A stretch of 64,000 bases of DNA from contig DATJOW010000204.1 of the NCBI GenBank assembly GCA_035506715.1, forward strand, positions 2,900-66,899, written 5' to 3'. How positions within the stretch are numbered: the first letter of the stretch is position 1; each line of letters opens with the position of its first letter. Shown here in pieces: positions 28,003 to 37,106 of the stretch. The translations under genes and the position numbers were made by a program. The notes below the pieces were generated by a model. It saw nothing but the letters and a program-made list of their open reading frames with translations. It was not told the DNA's origin and made no database searches. This DNA comes from Candidatus Acidiferrum sp. GTDB taxonomy: Bacteria > Verrucomicrobiota > Verrucomicrobiia > Limisphaerales > UBA11358.

Positions 28003-30432
28003 ATGAAAGACCGTGTTTTAATTTCCTCGTTTACGCGAAACTTGCTGGTGGCAACAGCGGGGTTCCTTTGGTCGAATTCCCTATTCGGGGCTGTGCCCGG
28101 CGATGAGCATTGGGATGCGCAATTCGGGGCGCCGGGGGTGACCAACAATATCTTCGCCATCGCGGTGAACAATGCATTGGTTTATGCCGCCGGCGCCGTG
28201 CCGACCGGTGCCCGGACCAACACGCCACTCAACGTGTGGGACGGCAAACAGTGGACTGTCGCCGCCGTATTCACCGGTCCGCAGCTCAACGGACCCAGTT
28301 CGATGCAGGTCAATGACCTTGCCTTTGTGGGGAACGCGCTTTATGCCGCCGGCAGTTTTACCAACGTCAATGGCGTGTACGCGAATGGGTTGGCTAAATG
28401 GGACGGGACAACCTGGAGCAGCGTCGGATTTTCCGGCTTGGCCTACACCTTGGCGGTGGATGGCAACAATCTTTACGTGGGGGGCATCTATACCAATGCC
28501 GGTGGAGTAACCACCACCAACATCGGTTATTGGGATGGCAGCGCCTGGCATGCGCTGGGCGATGGATTGGGCACCGCGGGCACCCTCACCCCGCCGGTGC
28601 GGGCCATCGCGGTAAACAACGGAAAGGTCTATGCCGGCGGCGGATTCATCAATTCCGGTGCCCAGTCCATCACCAATCTGGCGGCGTGGGACGGGACCAC
28701 GTGGTCGGCGGTCGGAGGCGGCGTTAACGGCAATGTGTTTGCCTTGGCCTTCAAAGGCAGCGATCTATACGCGGGCGGCGCTTTCACCCAGGCGGGAGCA
28801 ACGGTGGCGACCAACATGGCCAGGTGGGACGGGGCCACGTGGTCGGCGGTCGGCAACGGGTTGCGCGGCGCCGGGGTTGAAAGCCTGGCGGTTCTGAATG
28901 GTTCCGTTTGTGCGGCTGGCCTCTTCACCAATTCGGGCCCGCTGGGGATGACGAATTTTGCGGTATGGGACGGCGCCAACTGGTCGGCCGCCGGTCATCT
29001 GAACGGAGCCGGGGTTCGCGCCGTTTCAACCGGCACACAGTTGGTCGTGGGAGGCAGTTTCACCGTGGCCGGAAACCTCTGGGCGAATCAGATTGCCGCC
29101 TGGGACGGCACCCGGTGGAGCACCTACGGGGTCCCCGGCCGCCTGAACGGCGTCTTGTATTCCGTTTCGGGATTGTTTTTTTCCAGCGTTTCGGCCCTGG
29201 CCAACGACGGCACCAATTTGTATGCCGCCGGCAATTTCAATTACGCCGGGACCATCAACGCCAGTTTCATCGCCCGTTTCGACGGCCGGAACTGGTGGCC
29301 GCTCGGACCGGGCTTGAACAACGAAGTCGTGGCTCTGGCAGTTGCCAACAACCGGGTCTATGCGGGCGGTTATTTCACCGGCACCGCCGACGGGAATGTC
29401 TCGATGAATCACATCGGCTGTTGGGACGGCACGAATTGGAATTCATTGGGCGATCCGGGCGGCGCAGTGTTTGCGCTGGCGGTGAGCACCAACGGGCTTT
29501 ACGCGGCCGGCACTGCTTACAGCGGGCCGCAATTCCCCTCGCCATACGGTTCGCCGTTTTTCAGCCGTTGGGACGGCACCAACTGGTACAATGCGCGCAA
29601 TTTCACCAACAACACCTTCTTCACCTGGCCGGTCAACTATCATGATCCAACCGGGTATACGGCCATCGCCATCCAGAACACCAACGTCTATCTCGGCGGC
29701 AACATCCGGGGATTCTCCCAGTTCGATCCGAATGACCTTTCATTCGTGACCACGGGTTGCTTGAATATCATCCGGTTTGATCCCAATTTCGGATGGATCA
29801 TGGGCACCGGGCTTAACAATTATCCGGTGGCGCTGGCGACGGTGGAGACCAATCTCTATGCGGCCGGCGATTTCACCACCGCCGGTGGAGTCGCGGCCAA
29901 CCGGATTGCCCGCTGGGACGGCCGGCAATGGTCCGATGTTGGCGGTAGTGTCATCGGCAACGGCACCATCCGGTCGCTGACGACCGCAAGCAACAACCTG
30001 TATGCGGGCGGCACGTTCACGAACATCGGCGGCGTGTCGGCCAACCGGATCGCGAGATGGGACGGCACCAACTGGTCGGCCTTCGGCAGCGGGATCTCCG
30101 GGACGGTATTTGGCCTGACGGCCATCGATGCGGATTTGTATGGCGCCGGATCGATGCGGTTGGCGGGCGGCAAGGCATCCTTTGGCATGGCGCATTGGAA
30201 CGAGCAGATGAATTTCAACATTCCGCAACTGGTCAACCCGGCCGCGTTGACCAACCGGCAGTTCCAGGTCCGGTTGCTGGGCCTCATCGGCCTGACCAAC
30301 ATCATCCAAGCGACCACGAACTTCGCCGCCTGGACGCCGGTTCTGACCAACAGCGCCGGCGTTTACGATTTCACCGATCCCGACAGCGCCGCCTACCCGC
30401 GCCGCTTCTATCGCGCCAGGCTCGGCCCGTGA
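28003..30432 (+). CDS. Secreted beta-propeller repeat protein (about 13 WDG-centred repeats) with a C-terminal RFYR module
   Basis: The start is taken at MKDRVLISSFTRNLLVATAGFLWSNSLFG (28003). The mature N-terminus is AVPGDEHWDAQFGAPGV. Repeats of about 50 aa of the form LYAGGxFTxAGGxxANxIAxWDGxxWSxLGxG were counted by eye. It ends ...PRRFYRARLGP. Confidence 0.8.
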   Translation: MKDRVLISSFTRNLLVATAGFLWSNSLFGAVPGDEHWDAQFGAPGVTNNIFAIAVNNALVYAAGAVPTGARTNTPLNVWDGKQWTVAAVFTGPQLNGPSSMQVNDLAFVGNALYAAGSFTNVNGVYANGLAKWDGTTWSSVGFSGLAYTLAVDGNNLYVGGIYTNAGGVTTTNIGYWDGSAWHALGDGLGTAGTLTPPVRAIAVNNGKVYAGGGFINSGAQSITNLAAWDGTTWSAVGGGVNGNVFALAFKGSDLYAGGAFTQAGATVATNMARWDGATWSAVGNGLRGAGVESLAVLNGSVCAAGLFTNSGPLGMTNFAVWDGANWSAAGHLNGAGVRAVSTGTQLVVGGSFTVAGNLWANQIAAWDGTRWSTYGVPGRLNGVLYSVSGLFFSSVSALANDGTNLYAAGNFNYAGTINASFIARFDGRNWWPLGPGLNNEVVALAVANNRVYAGGYFTGTADGNVSMNHIGCWDGTNWNSLGDPGGAVFALAVSTNGLYAAGTAYSGPQFPSPYGSPFFSRWDGTNWYNARNFTNNTFFTWPVNYHDPTGYTAIAIQNTNVYLGGNIRGFSQFDPNDLSFVTTGCLNIIRFDPNFGWIMGTGLNNYPVALATVETNLYAAGDFTTAGGVAANRIARWDGRQWSDVGGSVIGNGTIRSLTTASNNLYAGGTFTNIGGVSANRIARWDGTNWSAFGSGISGTVFGLTAIDADLYGAGSMRLAGGKASFGMAHWNEQMNFNIPQLVNPAALTNRQFQVRLLGLIGLTNIIQATTNFAAWTPVLTNSAGVYDFTDPDSAAYPRRFYRARLGP

Positions 30433-30613
30433 TCGGCATCTGGTGGGAATAATATCTTTGGCGAACCGCGGTGTGGTTTTTTCCCTGTGAGCCCGGTCGG
30501 TGTGGAGGCAGGTCCGCTCTCGGTAAAATCCGGGAATTCAGGGCCGACTTCCAGCTTGCGCGGCGAAATTTTGTCGGAAATACTGCAAGTTCAATCAGCA
30601 ACCGGAGATCCAA

Positions 30614-33043
30614 ATGAAAAGAATCGCTGCGTTGGGCCTGATGGGAATCGGCGCCGTCTTTATGTTGTCGCCCTTTTCGCTGATCGCTGGCGTTCCGGGC
30701 GACGAGCACTGGGACAACCAATTTGGGCCGCCGGGCGTGAACTACCTGGCGTATGGCATTGCCGCCATCAGCAACAACGTCTATGTGACCGGCATGTTCA
30801 CGGCCGCGGGCAACACCAAGGCCAATTACGCGGCCGGATTTGACGGGACCAACTGGTTCCAGTTGAACAGCGGTTTGCTGGGCAGTGGCGCGGCGGGCAT
30901 TTGCGCGGTGGCGGACAACAATTATCTCTACGTCGGCGGCATCTTCACCAATGCCGATGACCCGGCCGCGATTGACACGGCGCGCTGGGACGGCACGAAC
31001 TGGTCCGGCATTGGAATTCAAGGAGTGATTGAAACCGCCAAACGCCATGGCAACAACCTATATTTTGGCGGCGCCTTTTCCGGATCGTCCAGCGTCAATT
31101 CCACGAACATCATCGGCTGGGACGGCACCAATTATTTTGCCTTGGGGCAAGGGCTGGGCGGAAGCGGCTTCTACCTCATCGGCTACGTGGATTGCCTCGA
31201 GTTTCAGGGAAATAATGTTTACGCCGGCGGGACTTTTTCTTATTCGGGACCGACGTCGATGACGAACATCGCCTATTGGGACGGCAGCGCATGGCACGCG
31301 ATGGGTAATCCCTTCAACGGAATCGTCAGCGCGCTGCAATTTTACGGCGGATACCTCTACGCGGGCGGCTCCTTTACCAACACCTCGCTGCATTTCACCA
31401 ACGTCGCGCGCTGGAACGGCAGCGCGTGGGCCGCGGTTCCGGGCGGCGGCGCCAACCGCGATGTCTATGATTTCGCCACGGATGGCACGAATCTTTACGT
31501 CGGGGGCATCTTTACTCAAATCGGCGGCATCCCCGGGACGAACGTTGTCATGTTTGACGGCGCGAGCTGGAAGCAACTTGGCGGCGGACTGCATTATTTC
31601 CAGAACGGATTGGGGCAGGCCAACAGACTGCTCTGGTACTCGAACCAACTGTACGTCGCGGGCGGTTTTGACCGCGCGGGTGACACGGTCGGAGCGGCCA
31701 ACGTCGCGCGCTGGGACGGCACGCGTTGGTGGAGTCTCGGCGGCGATACCAGCAAAGGCATGTCGCCTTCGATCAATTTTGTGCAAAGCCTTCGCAACAT
31801 CCCCGCGTCCGGTTCGATCGCCGGCGGACTTTACGCCGGAGGACTGTTCAGCACGGCGGGAAAAACCAACGCCAATTGCATCGCCCGCTACGACGGCACG
31901 AATTGGAACGCGCTGGGGAGCGGAGTTTCCGGCTGGTTCACCAGCTCGGCCCGGGTTTATGCCATCGCCACCGATGGCACGTACGTTTACGCGGGCGGGA
32001 ATTTCACCAATGCGGGGGCTTACACCGGCGTCGGCGGCATCGCCGCATGGGACGGTTCGAATTGGTACCCACTGGACTACGGCTTGGATTACATCGTCAA
32101 TGCGCTGACGACGGATGGATACGGCTATCTCTGGGTCGGCGGTTCGTTTACGAACATCGTCTTCCCCGGTTACACGTATTACGCCAGAGGTTTGGCCGTG
32201 CGGGGCTATAACACCTGGTATAATGCCGGAAATGTCGACGGCACCAATGCCACCGTCAGTGCCATTGCTTACGATGGCGGCAATCGGGTGTTTGTGGGCG
32301 GGCAGTTTTATTCCATCGGCGGCGTTTCCGCCACCAACATGGCCTACTACGATTACAACGACGGTTTGTGGCACGCGCTCGGTCCCTGGGCGCCCCGCGG
32401 CAAAGTCAACGCGCTCGCTTACGCCAACGGGACGCTCTATGCCGGCGGCAATTTCACCAACGCCGGCGGCATCGCGGCCAATCGCATCGCCAAATGGAAC
32501 GGGACGAGCTGGTCTACGCTCGGCAGCGGCCTCGTCGGTACCAGCACCACCGCCTCGGTCAACGACATTGCCGTCTCCGGCAACAACGTCTATGTCACCG
32601 GCAATTTCACGAACGCCGGCGGCATTTTTGCCAGCAACGTCGCCGTGTGGAACGGGGCAAATTGGTCGGCGCTTGGCAGCGGTACGGCCAGCTCTGCTGC
32701 GGCCAACGGCTATGGCGCCGCGGTTTCCGGCAACGACGTTTATTTCGGCGGCGCCTTCGGTTTTGCCGGCGACAAGCCCGCGCAATTCATCGCGCACTGG
32801 AACGCGCAGTCCAATTATTACCCCGCGGCGAGCCTCAAGTTGACACGGAGCGCGTGGCTGACCAACCGGCTGTTCCGGTTCCGTGTCACGGGCACGAGCG
32901 GCCAAAGCTACATCATCCAAGGCTCGACCGACTTCGGCGCCTGGGTGTCGCTCCAAACCAACAGCACGATGTACTACGATTATGCCGACCCGAACAGCGC
33001 CAGCTTGCCGCGCCGGTTTTACCGCGCCGTGCTCGGGCCGTAG
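30614..33043 (+). CDS. Secreted beta-propeller repeat protein, paralog of the upstream gene, with a C-terminal RFYR module
   Basis: 809 aa. Signal MKRIAALGLMGIGAVFMLSPFSLIAG and mature N-terminus VPGDEHWDNQFGPPGV. It has the same repeat type (for example GGNFTNAGGIAANRIAKWNGTSWSTLGSG). It ends ...PRRFYRAVLGP. Confidence 0.85.
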   Translation: MKRIAALGLMGIGAVFMLSPFSLIAGVPGDEHWDNQFGPPGVNYLAYGIAAISNNVYVTGMFTAAGNTKANYAAGFDGTNWFQLNSGLLGSGAAGICAVADNNYLYVGGIFTNADDPAAIDTARWDGTNWSGIGIQGVIETAKRHGNNLYFGGAFSGSSSVNSTNIIGWDGTNYFALGQGLGGSGFYLIGYVDCLEFQGNNVYAGGTFSYSGPTSMTNIAYWDGSAWHAMGNPFNGIVSALQFYGGYLYAGGSFTNTSLHFTNVARWNGSAWAAVPGGGANRDVYDFATDGTNLYVGGIFTQIGGIPGTNVVMFDGASWKQLGGGLHYFQNGLGQANRLLWYSNQLYVAGGFDRAGDTVGAANVARWDGTRWWSLGGDTSKGMSPSINFVQSLRNIPASGSIAGGLYAGGLFSTAGKTNANCIARYDGTNWNALGSGVSGWFTSSARVYAIATDGTYVYAGGNFTNAGAYTGVGGIAAWDGSNWYPLDYGLDYIVNALTTDGYGYLWVGGSFTNIVFPGYTYYARGLAVRGYNTWYNAGNVDGTNATVSAIAYDGGNRVFVGGQFYSIGGVSATNMAYYDYNDGLWHALGPWAPRGKVNALAYANGTLYAGGNFTNAGGIAANRIAKWNGTSWSTLGSGLVGTSTTASVNDIAVSGNNVYVTGNFTNAGGIFASNVAVWNGANWSALGSGTASSAAANGYGAAVSGNDVYFGGAFGFAGDKPAQFIAHWNAQSNYYPAASLKLTRSAWLTNRLFRFRVTGTSGQSYIIQGSTDFGAWVSLQTNSTMYYDYADPNSASLPRRFYRAVLGP

Positions 33044-33086
33044 AAACGCAACCGGGTCCGCGCGCCGCGCGCCGCGGCTGCCTCGC

Positions 33087-34181
33087 TCAGGGGGATTTGA
33101 ACTCGGCCGACAAGTCCGCAAAACCACTCCTGCGCTCGCTCTTCTCCCAGAGCTTGTTCAATGCGGCGATGCGTTCGCTGGTGGCCGGATGACTGCGGAA
33201 CATTTGGGGAATGTTATCGGCGTTTTCTCCTTCCGTCAGCAGCTGGAAGAAATCCGCCAAACCGCGCGGGTCAATGTTGGCCGCCAGCAAATAATGCCAG
33301 CCGACATTGTCCGCTTCGCGTTCGATGTCGCGTGAGTAGCTTTCGTTGACCAGCAACTGGGAGCCGGCGCTGATGGTGGACAGCACCTCCTGCTGGTCGC
33401 TGACAAACAGGCGCAGCACGTAATACGGTCCGCCGCCGGCGATCAGCTTGTGCAGACCGTGTCGCCGGGTGACATGGGCCATCTCGTGCGCCAGCACGCC
33501 GGCCAGTTGTTCCGGCCGCTGGATACGGTCCAGCAGGCCCGTGAAGACAAAAATCCGGCCGCCGGGCAGGGCAAAGGCGTTGGGCTCGCGCCGATCAATC
33601 AGGAACGCCCGGAACTGGTACCGCTGCTCCGCCGGCGGCAGGGCGGCGGCAATCCGCGCCACCAACTGGGTGACCATGGCGCTGCGCGTGTCGTTGGTTT
33701 CCAGAATGAAGATCCGCGGGTGCTCGGCGATGACCTTGTCGGTCAGTTTCTCCTCCCAGGCGAGCGGCGTGTGGGCCACCACCGCGTCGGTCGCGAGTTT
33801 CACCAGCAGCCAGCCGGCGGTGAAGATCGCCGCGAACACGACCAGAAACAGCAGCGCGAATTTCAGGGTGCGGCCGCTCTCCTGCCGCTCGCGCAGTTCC
33901 CGTGCCTGGCCGCGGAGGTGCGTCTGCCGCAGCAGAAACAAGTCCTGCAAAATCCGCCGGTCGGCCGACTCCACCCACCAGCCGGTCCCGGCGTCGTGGA
34001 ATACGAGATTGCCGGCGTCGTTCTGGTTGAGAGTCAGGCGCGACAACGGGAGCTGCAGAGTGCCGGTCGCCTGTTCGAACTCGAGGTGACTCAGGGTAAA
34101 CTGGAAGCGGCCGGACTGCGCCTGGTCTTCCTCGCCCTCCCGAAAGACGAAACCCTCATAGATGACTAGCGGCGCGCTCAC
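33087..34181 (-). CDS. Membrane-anchored M48-family zinc metallopeptidase with an N-terminal cytoplasmic domain
   Basis: HEMAHVTRRH (HExxH), a downstream EREADNVG and SHPATSERIAAL are M48 hallmarks. One TM helix is present (FALLFLVVFAAIFTAGWLLV). The start is uncertain. The longest ORF reaches 34409 and would overlap the divergent FHA gene, so I use the in-frame GTG at 34181; the ATG at 34319 is the alternative. Confidence 0.75.
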   Translation of the reverse strand: MSAPLVIYEGFVFREGEEDQAQSGRFQFTLSHLEFEQATGTLQLPLSRLTLNQNDAGNLVFHDAGTGWWVESADRRILQDLFLLRQTHLRGQARELRERQESGRTLKFALLFLVVFAAIFTAGWLLVKLATDAVVAHTPLAWEEKLTDKVIAEHPRIFILETNDTRSAMVTQLVARIAAALPPAEQRYQFRAFLIDRREPNAFALPGGRIFVFTGLLDRIQRPEQLAGVLAHEMAHVTRRHGLHKLIAGGGPYYVLRLFVSDQQEVLSTISAGSQLLVNESYSRDIEREADNVGWHYLLAANIDPRGLADFFQLLTEGENADNIPQMFRSHPATSERIAALNKLWEKSERRSGFADLSAEFKSP

Positions 34182-34302
34182 GACGTGCCCTCTAACAAAG
34201 GCGCCGGTGCTTGTCAAAATGAATTGACCCGCGCCGCCCGGCGTTCTAAACCTGTACCCAAACCACAGGCCGAAGATCGGATCAATCCAATCCCTTGAAT
34301 TT

Positions 34303-35568
34303 ATGGTGCGACTGCGCATGGAAGGCGGCCCGCACGGCTCGCGGGAAATCGTGCTGCAGCCGGGGTTGAACCGGTTGGGCCGCGTCGAGGACAACGATTT
34401 CCAGATCAACGATAATTCGGTTTCTAGCCATCATTGCCAGATCGAGGTCAAGGAGGGAGTTGTCACCGTATGGGACCTCGACTCGACCAATGGCACCTTC
34501 ATCGACGGACAGCCGGTGCGGCAGGCCGTGCTGCGCCCCGGCCAGGTCTTGGGGCTGGGAACGGTATCCCTGATCTGCCAGGAAGATCCGGTCGCGGAAC
34601 CGGCGCCGGGTTCAACGGGGCTGCCGCCCTTGGCCGGCGCGGTGTCGCCGCCACCGCCGTTTTCGTCTGCCGTTGCCGGCAATCCCAATGTCTGTATTCA
34701 GCATCCCCGGGCGCCCGCCCAATGGTGCTGTGCCAAATGCGGCTCCGCGTTCTGTACCGCTTGCGTGCGGACGACCCGGGTGGGCGGAGACTTTTTCCGC
34801 GCGTGCCCCCGGTGCGGCGGCAGTTGTATGAGCATCGCCGATTATACCCGCCTGATGACGCCGGCCCCCACCAATTTCTTCACCGTATGGCGGAGCGCCT
34901 TTGCGTATCCGGTCAAAAAGGACGGGATGATACTGCTGGTTTGCGGAACGTTCGTTTTTGGCAGCCTCGATGTCGCGCGTTGGGTTTTGTCCTATTTCAA
35001 GTTTGCCGGGTTCCTGGGAATGGCTTACTGGATCTGCCTCGTCATGAGCGTCGGTTACCTGTTCGCGTTCATGCAGAACATCATCCAGTCTTCGGCCCAA
35101 GGGGAGGAGAAGATGCCCGACTGGCCGGAAATCTCCGCGTTCTGGGACGACCTGATGATTCCATTCTTTCAGTTCCTGATTATCTGGCTGATTTGTCTGG
35201 GCCCCGGTATTGCGGTCATGCTGCTGGTGTCGCCGTTGGCCGGAGTGCCGCTGATTTTCCTCGGGCTCCTCTGCCTGCCCATGGCGCTGCTGACGGTTTC
35301 CATGGCCGACAGCCTCATGGGACTGAACCCCTTCATCATTTTTTCCGGCATCGGCAAGGCGCCGCTGCCGTACCTGGCCACGTGTGGAATTTTCCTCGTG
35401 TTCATCGCCGTCGTGCATGGCATCCGGATGTTGCTGGAATGGACTGATATTCCGGTTCTGCCTACGGTGATCGGCACGCCAATCTGGCTTTATGGGATTA
35501 CGGTGGAAATGCGCCTGTTAGGGCTGCTGTACTATACCAACAAGGCCAGACTTGCCTGGTTTGAGTAA
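34303..35568 (+). CDS. FHA domain / Cys-rich zinc-finger / polytopic membrane (DUF4013-like) protein
   Basis: 421 aa. FHA signature: GRVEDNDFQINDNSVSSHHCQIEVKEGVVTVWDLDSTNGTFIDGQPV. After a Pro-rich linker comes CIQHPRAPAQWCCAKCGSAFCTACVRTTRVGGDFFRACPRCGGSC (B-box/zinc-ribbon-like). At least 6 hydrophobic segments follow, with the loop SSAQGEEKMPDWPEISAFWDDL. Confidence 0.8.
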   Translation: MVRLRMEGGPHGSREIVLQPGLNRLGRVEDNDFQINDNSVSSHHCQIEVKEGVVTVWDLDSTNGTFIDGQPVRQAVLRPGQVLGLGTVSLICQEDPVAEPAPGSTGLPPLAGAVSPPPPFSSAVAGNPNVCIQHPRAPAQWCCAKCGSAFCTACVRTTRVGGDFFRACPRCGGSCMSIADYTRLMTPAPTNFFTVWRSAFAYPVKKDGMILLVCGTFVFGSLDVARWVLSYFKFAGFLGMAYWICLVMSVGYLFAFMQNIIQSSAQGEEKMPDWPEISAFWDDLMIPFFQFLIIWLICLGPGIAVMLLVSPLAGVPLIFLGLLCLPMALLTVSMADSLMGLNPFIIFSGIGKAPLPYLATCGIFLVFIAVVHGIRMLLEWTDIPVLPTVIGTPIWLYGITVEMRLLGLLYYTNKARLAWFE

Positions 35569-35585
35569 GACGTAAATCATTCAAA

Positions 35586-35619
35586 ACGGTTGGCACGGTG
35601 CCTGCCTTCGGCCAACCGT
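35586..35619 (+). terminator. Stem-loop downstream of the FHA gene (ACGGTTGGC-N16-GCCAACCGT)
   Basis: A 9-bp perfect inverted repeat lies 18 nt after the stop codon, followed by CAACGCTTTCTT. There is no strong U-tract, so terminator function is tentative. Confidence 0.35.
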
Positions 35620-35629
35620 CAACGCTTTC

Positions 35630-35657
35630 TTGACTCGTCTGGCGCAACTTTTATGAT
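35630..35657 (+). promoter_or_regulatory. Candidate sigma-70-type promoter for eno (TTGACT-16 nt-TATGAT)
   Basis: TTGACT is at 35630..35635 and TATGAT at 35652..35657, about 45 nt upstream of the eno ATG in an AT-rich leader. Confidence 0.35.
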
Positions 35658-35696
35658 GTTGGCTTCGGATTTTGATGGTTGAAAATTTAAAAATAA

Positions 35697-36989
<1,293 letters not shown>

Positions 36990-36995
36990 GTAGTG

Positions 36996-37047
36996 GTAGG
37001 GACGGCCCGCCGGGCCGTCCGCGGACGCCGCCGCGCGGCGTCCCTAC
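36996..37047. repeat. REP-like palindromic element GTAGGG...CCCTAC (double GC hairpin)
   Basis: GTAGGGACGGCCCGCCGGGCCGTCCGCGGACGCCGCCGCGCGGCGTCCCTAC contains two hairpins (GGACGGCCC/GGGCCGTCC and GGACGCCGC/GCGGCGTCC). It lies between the convergent eno and esterase genes. Related elements are at 41001, 41499 and 45503. Confidence 0.6.
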
Positions 37048-37106
37048 CAACTGATTCAGCCCCGGAAGTCAGGCAATTGGCTTCCGGGGTTTGGTTTGGT
37101 CATCGA

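Noticed and set aside
35591-35605. Sigma-54 -24/-12-like match TGGCACG-GTGC-CTGC about 95 nt upstream of eno.
   Set aside because: The GGCAC/GTGCC is itself part of the nested palindrome of the stem-loop after the FHA gene. The -12 element is CTGC rather than TTGC. A housekeeping enolase with a good sigma-70-like promoter downstream is an unlikely sigma-54 target. It is kept only as a note.
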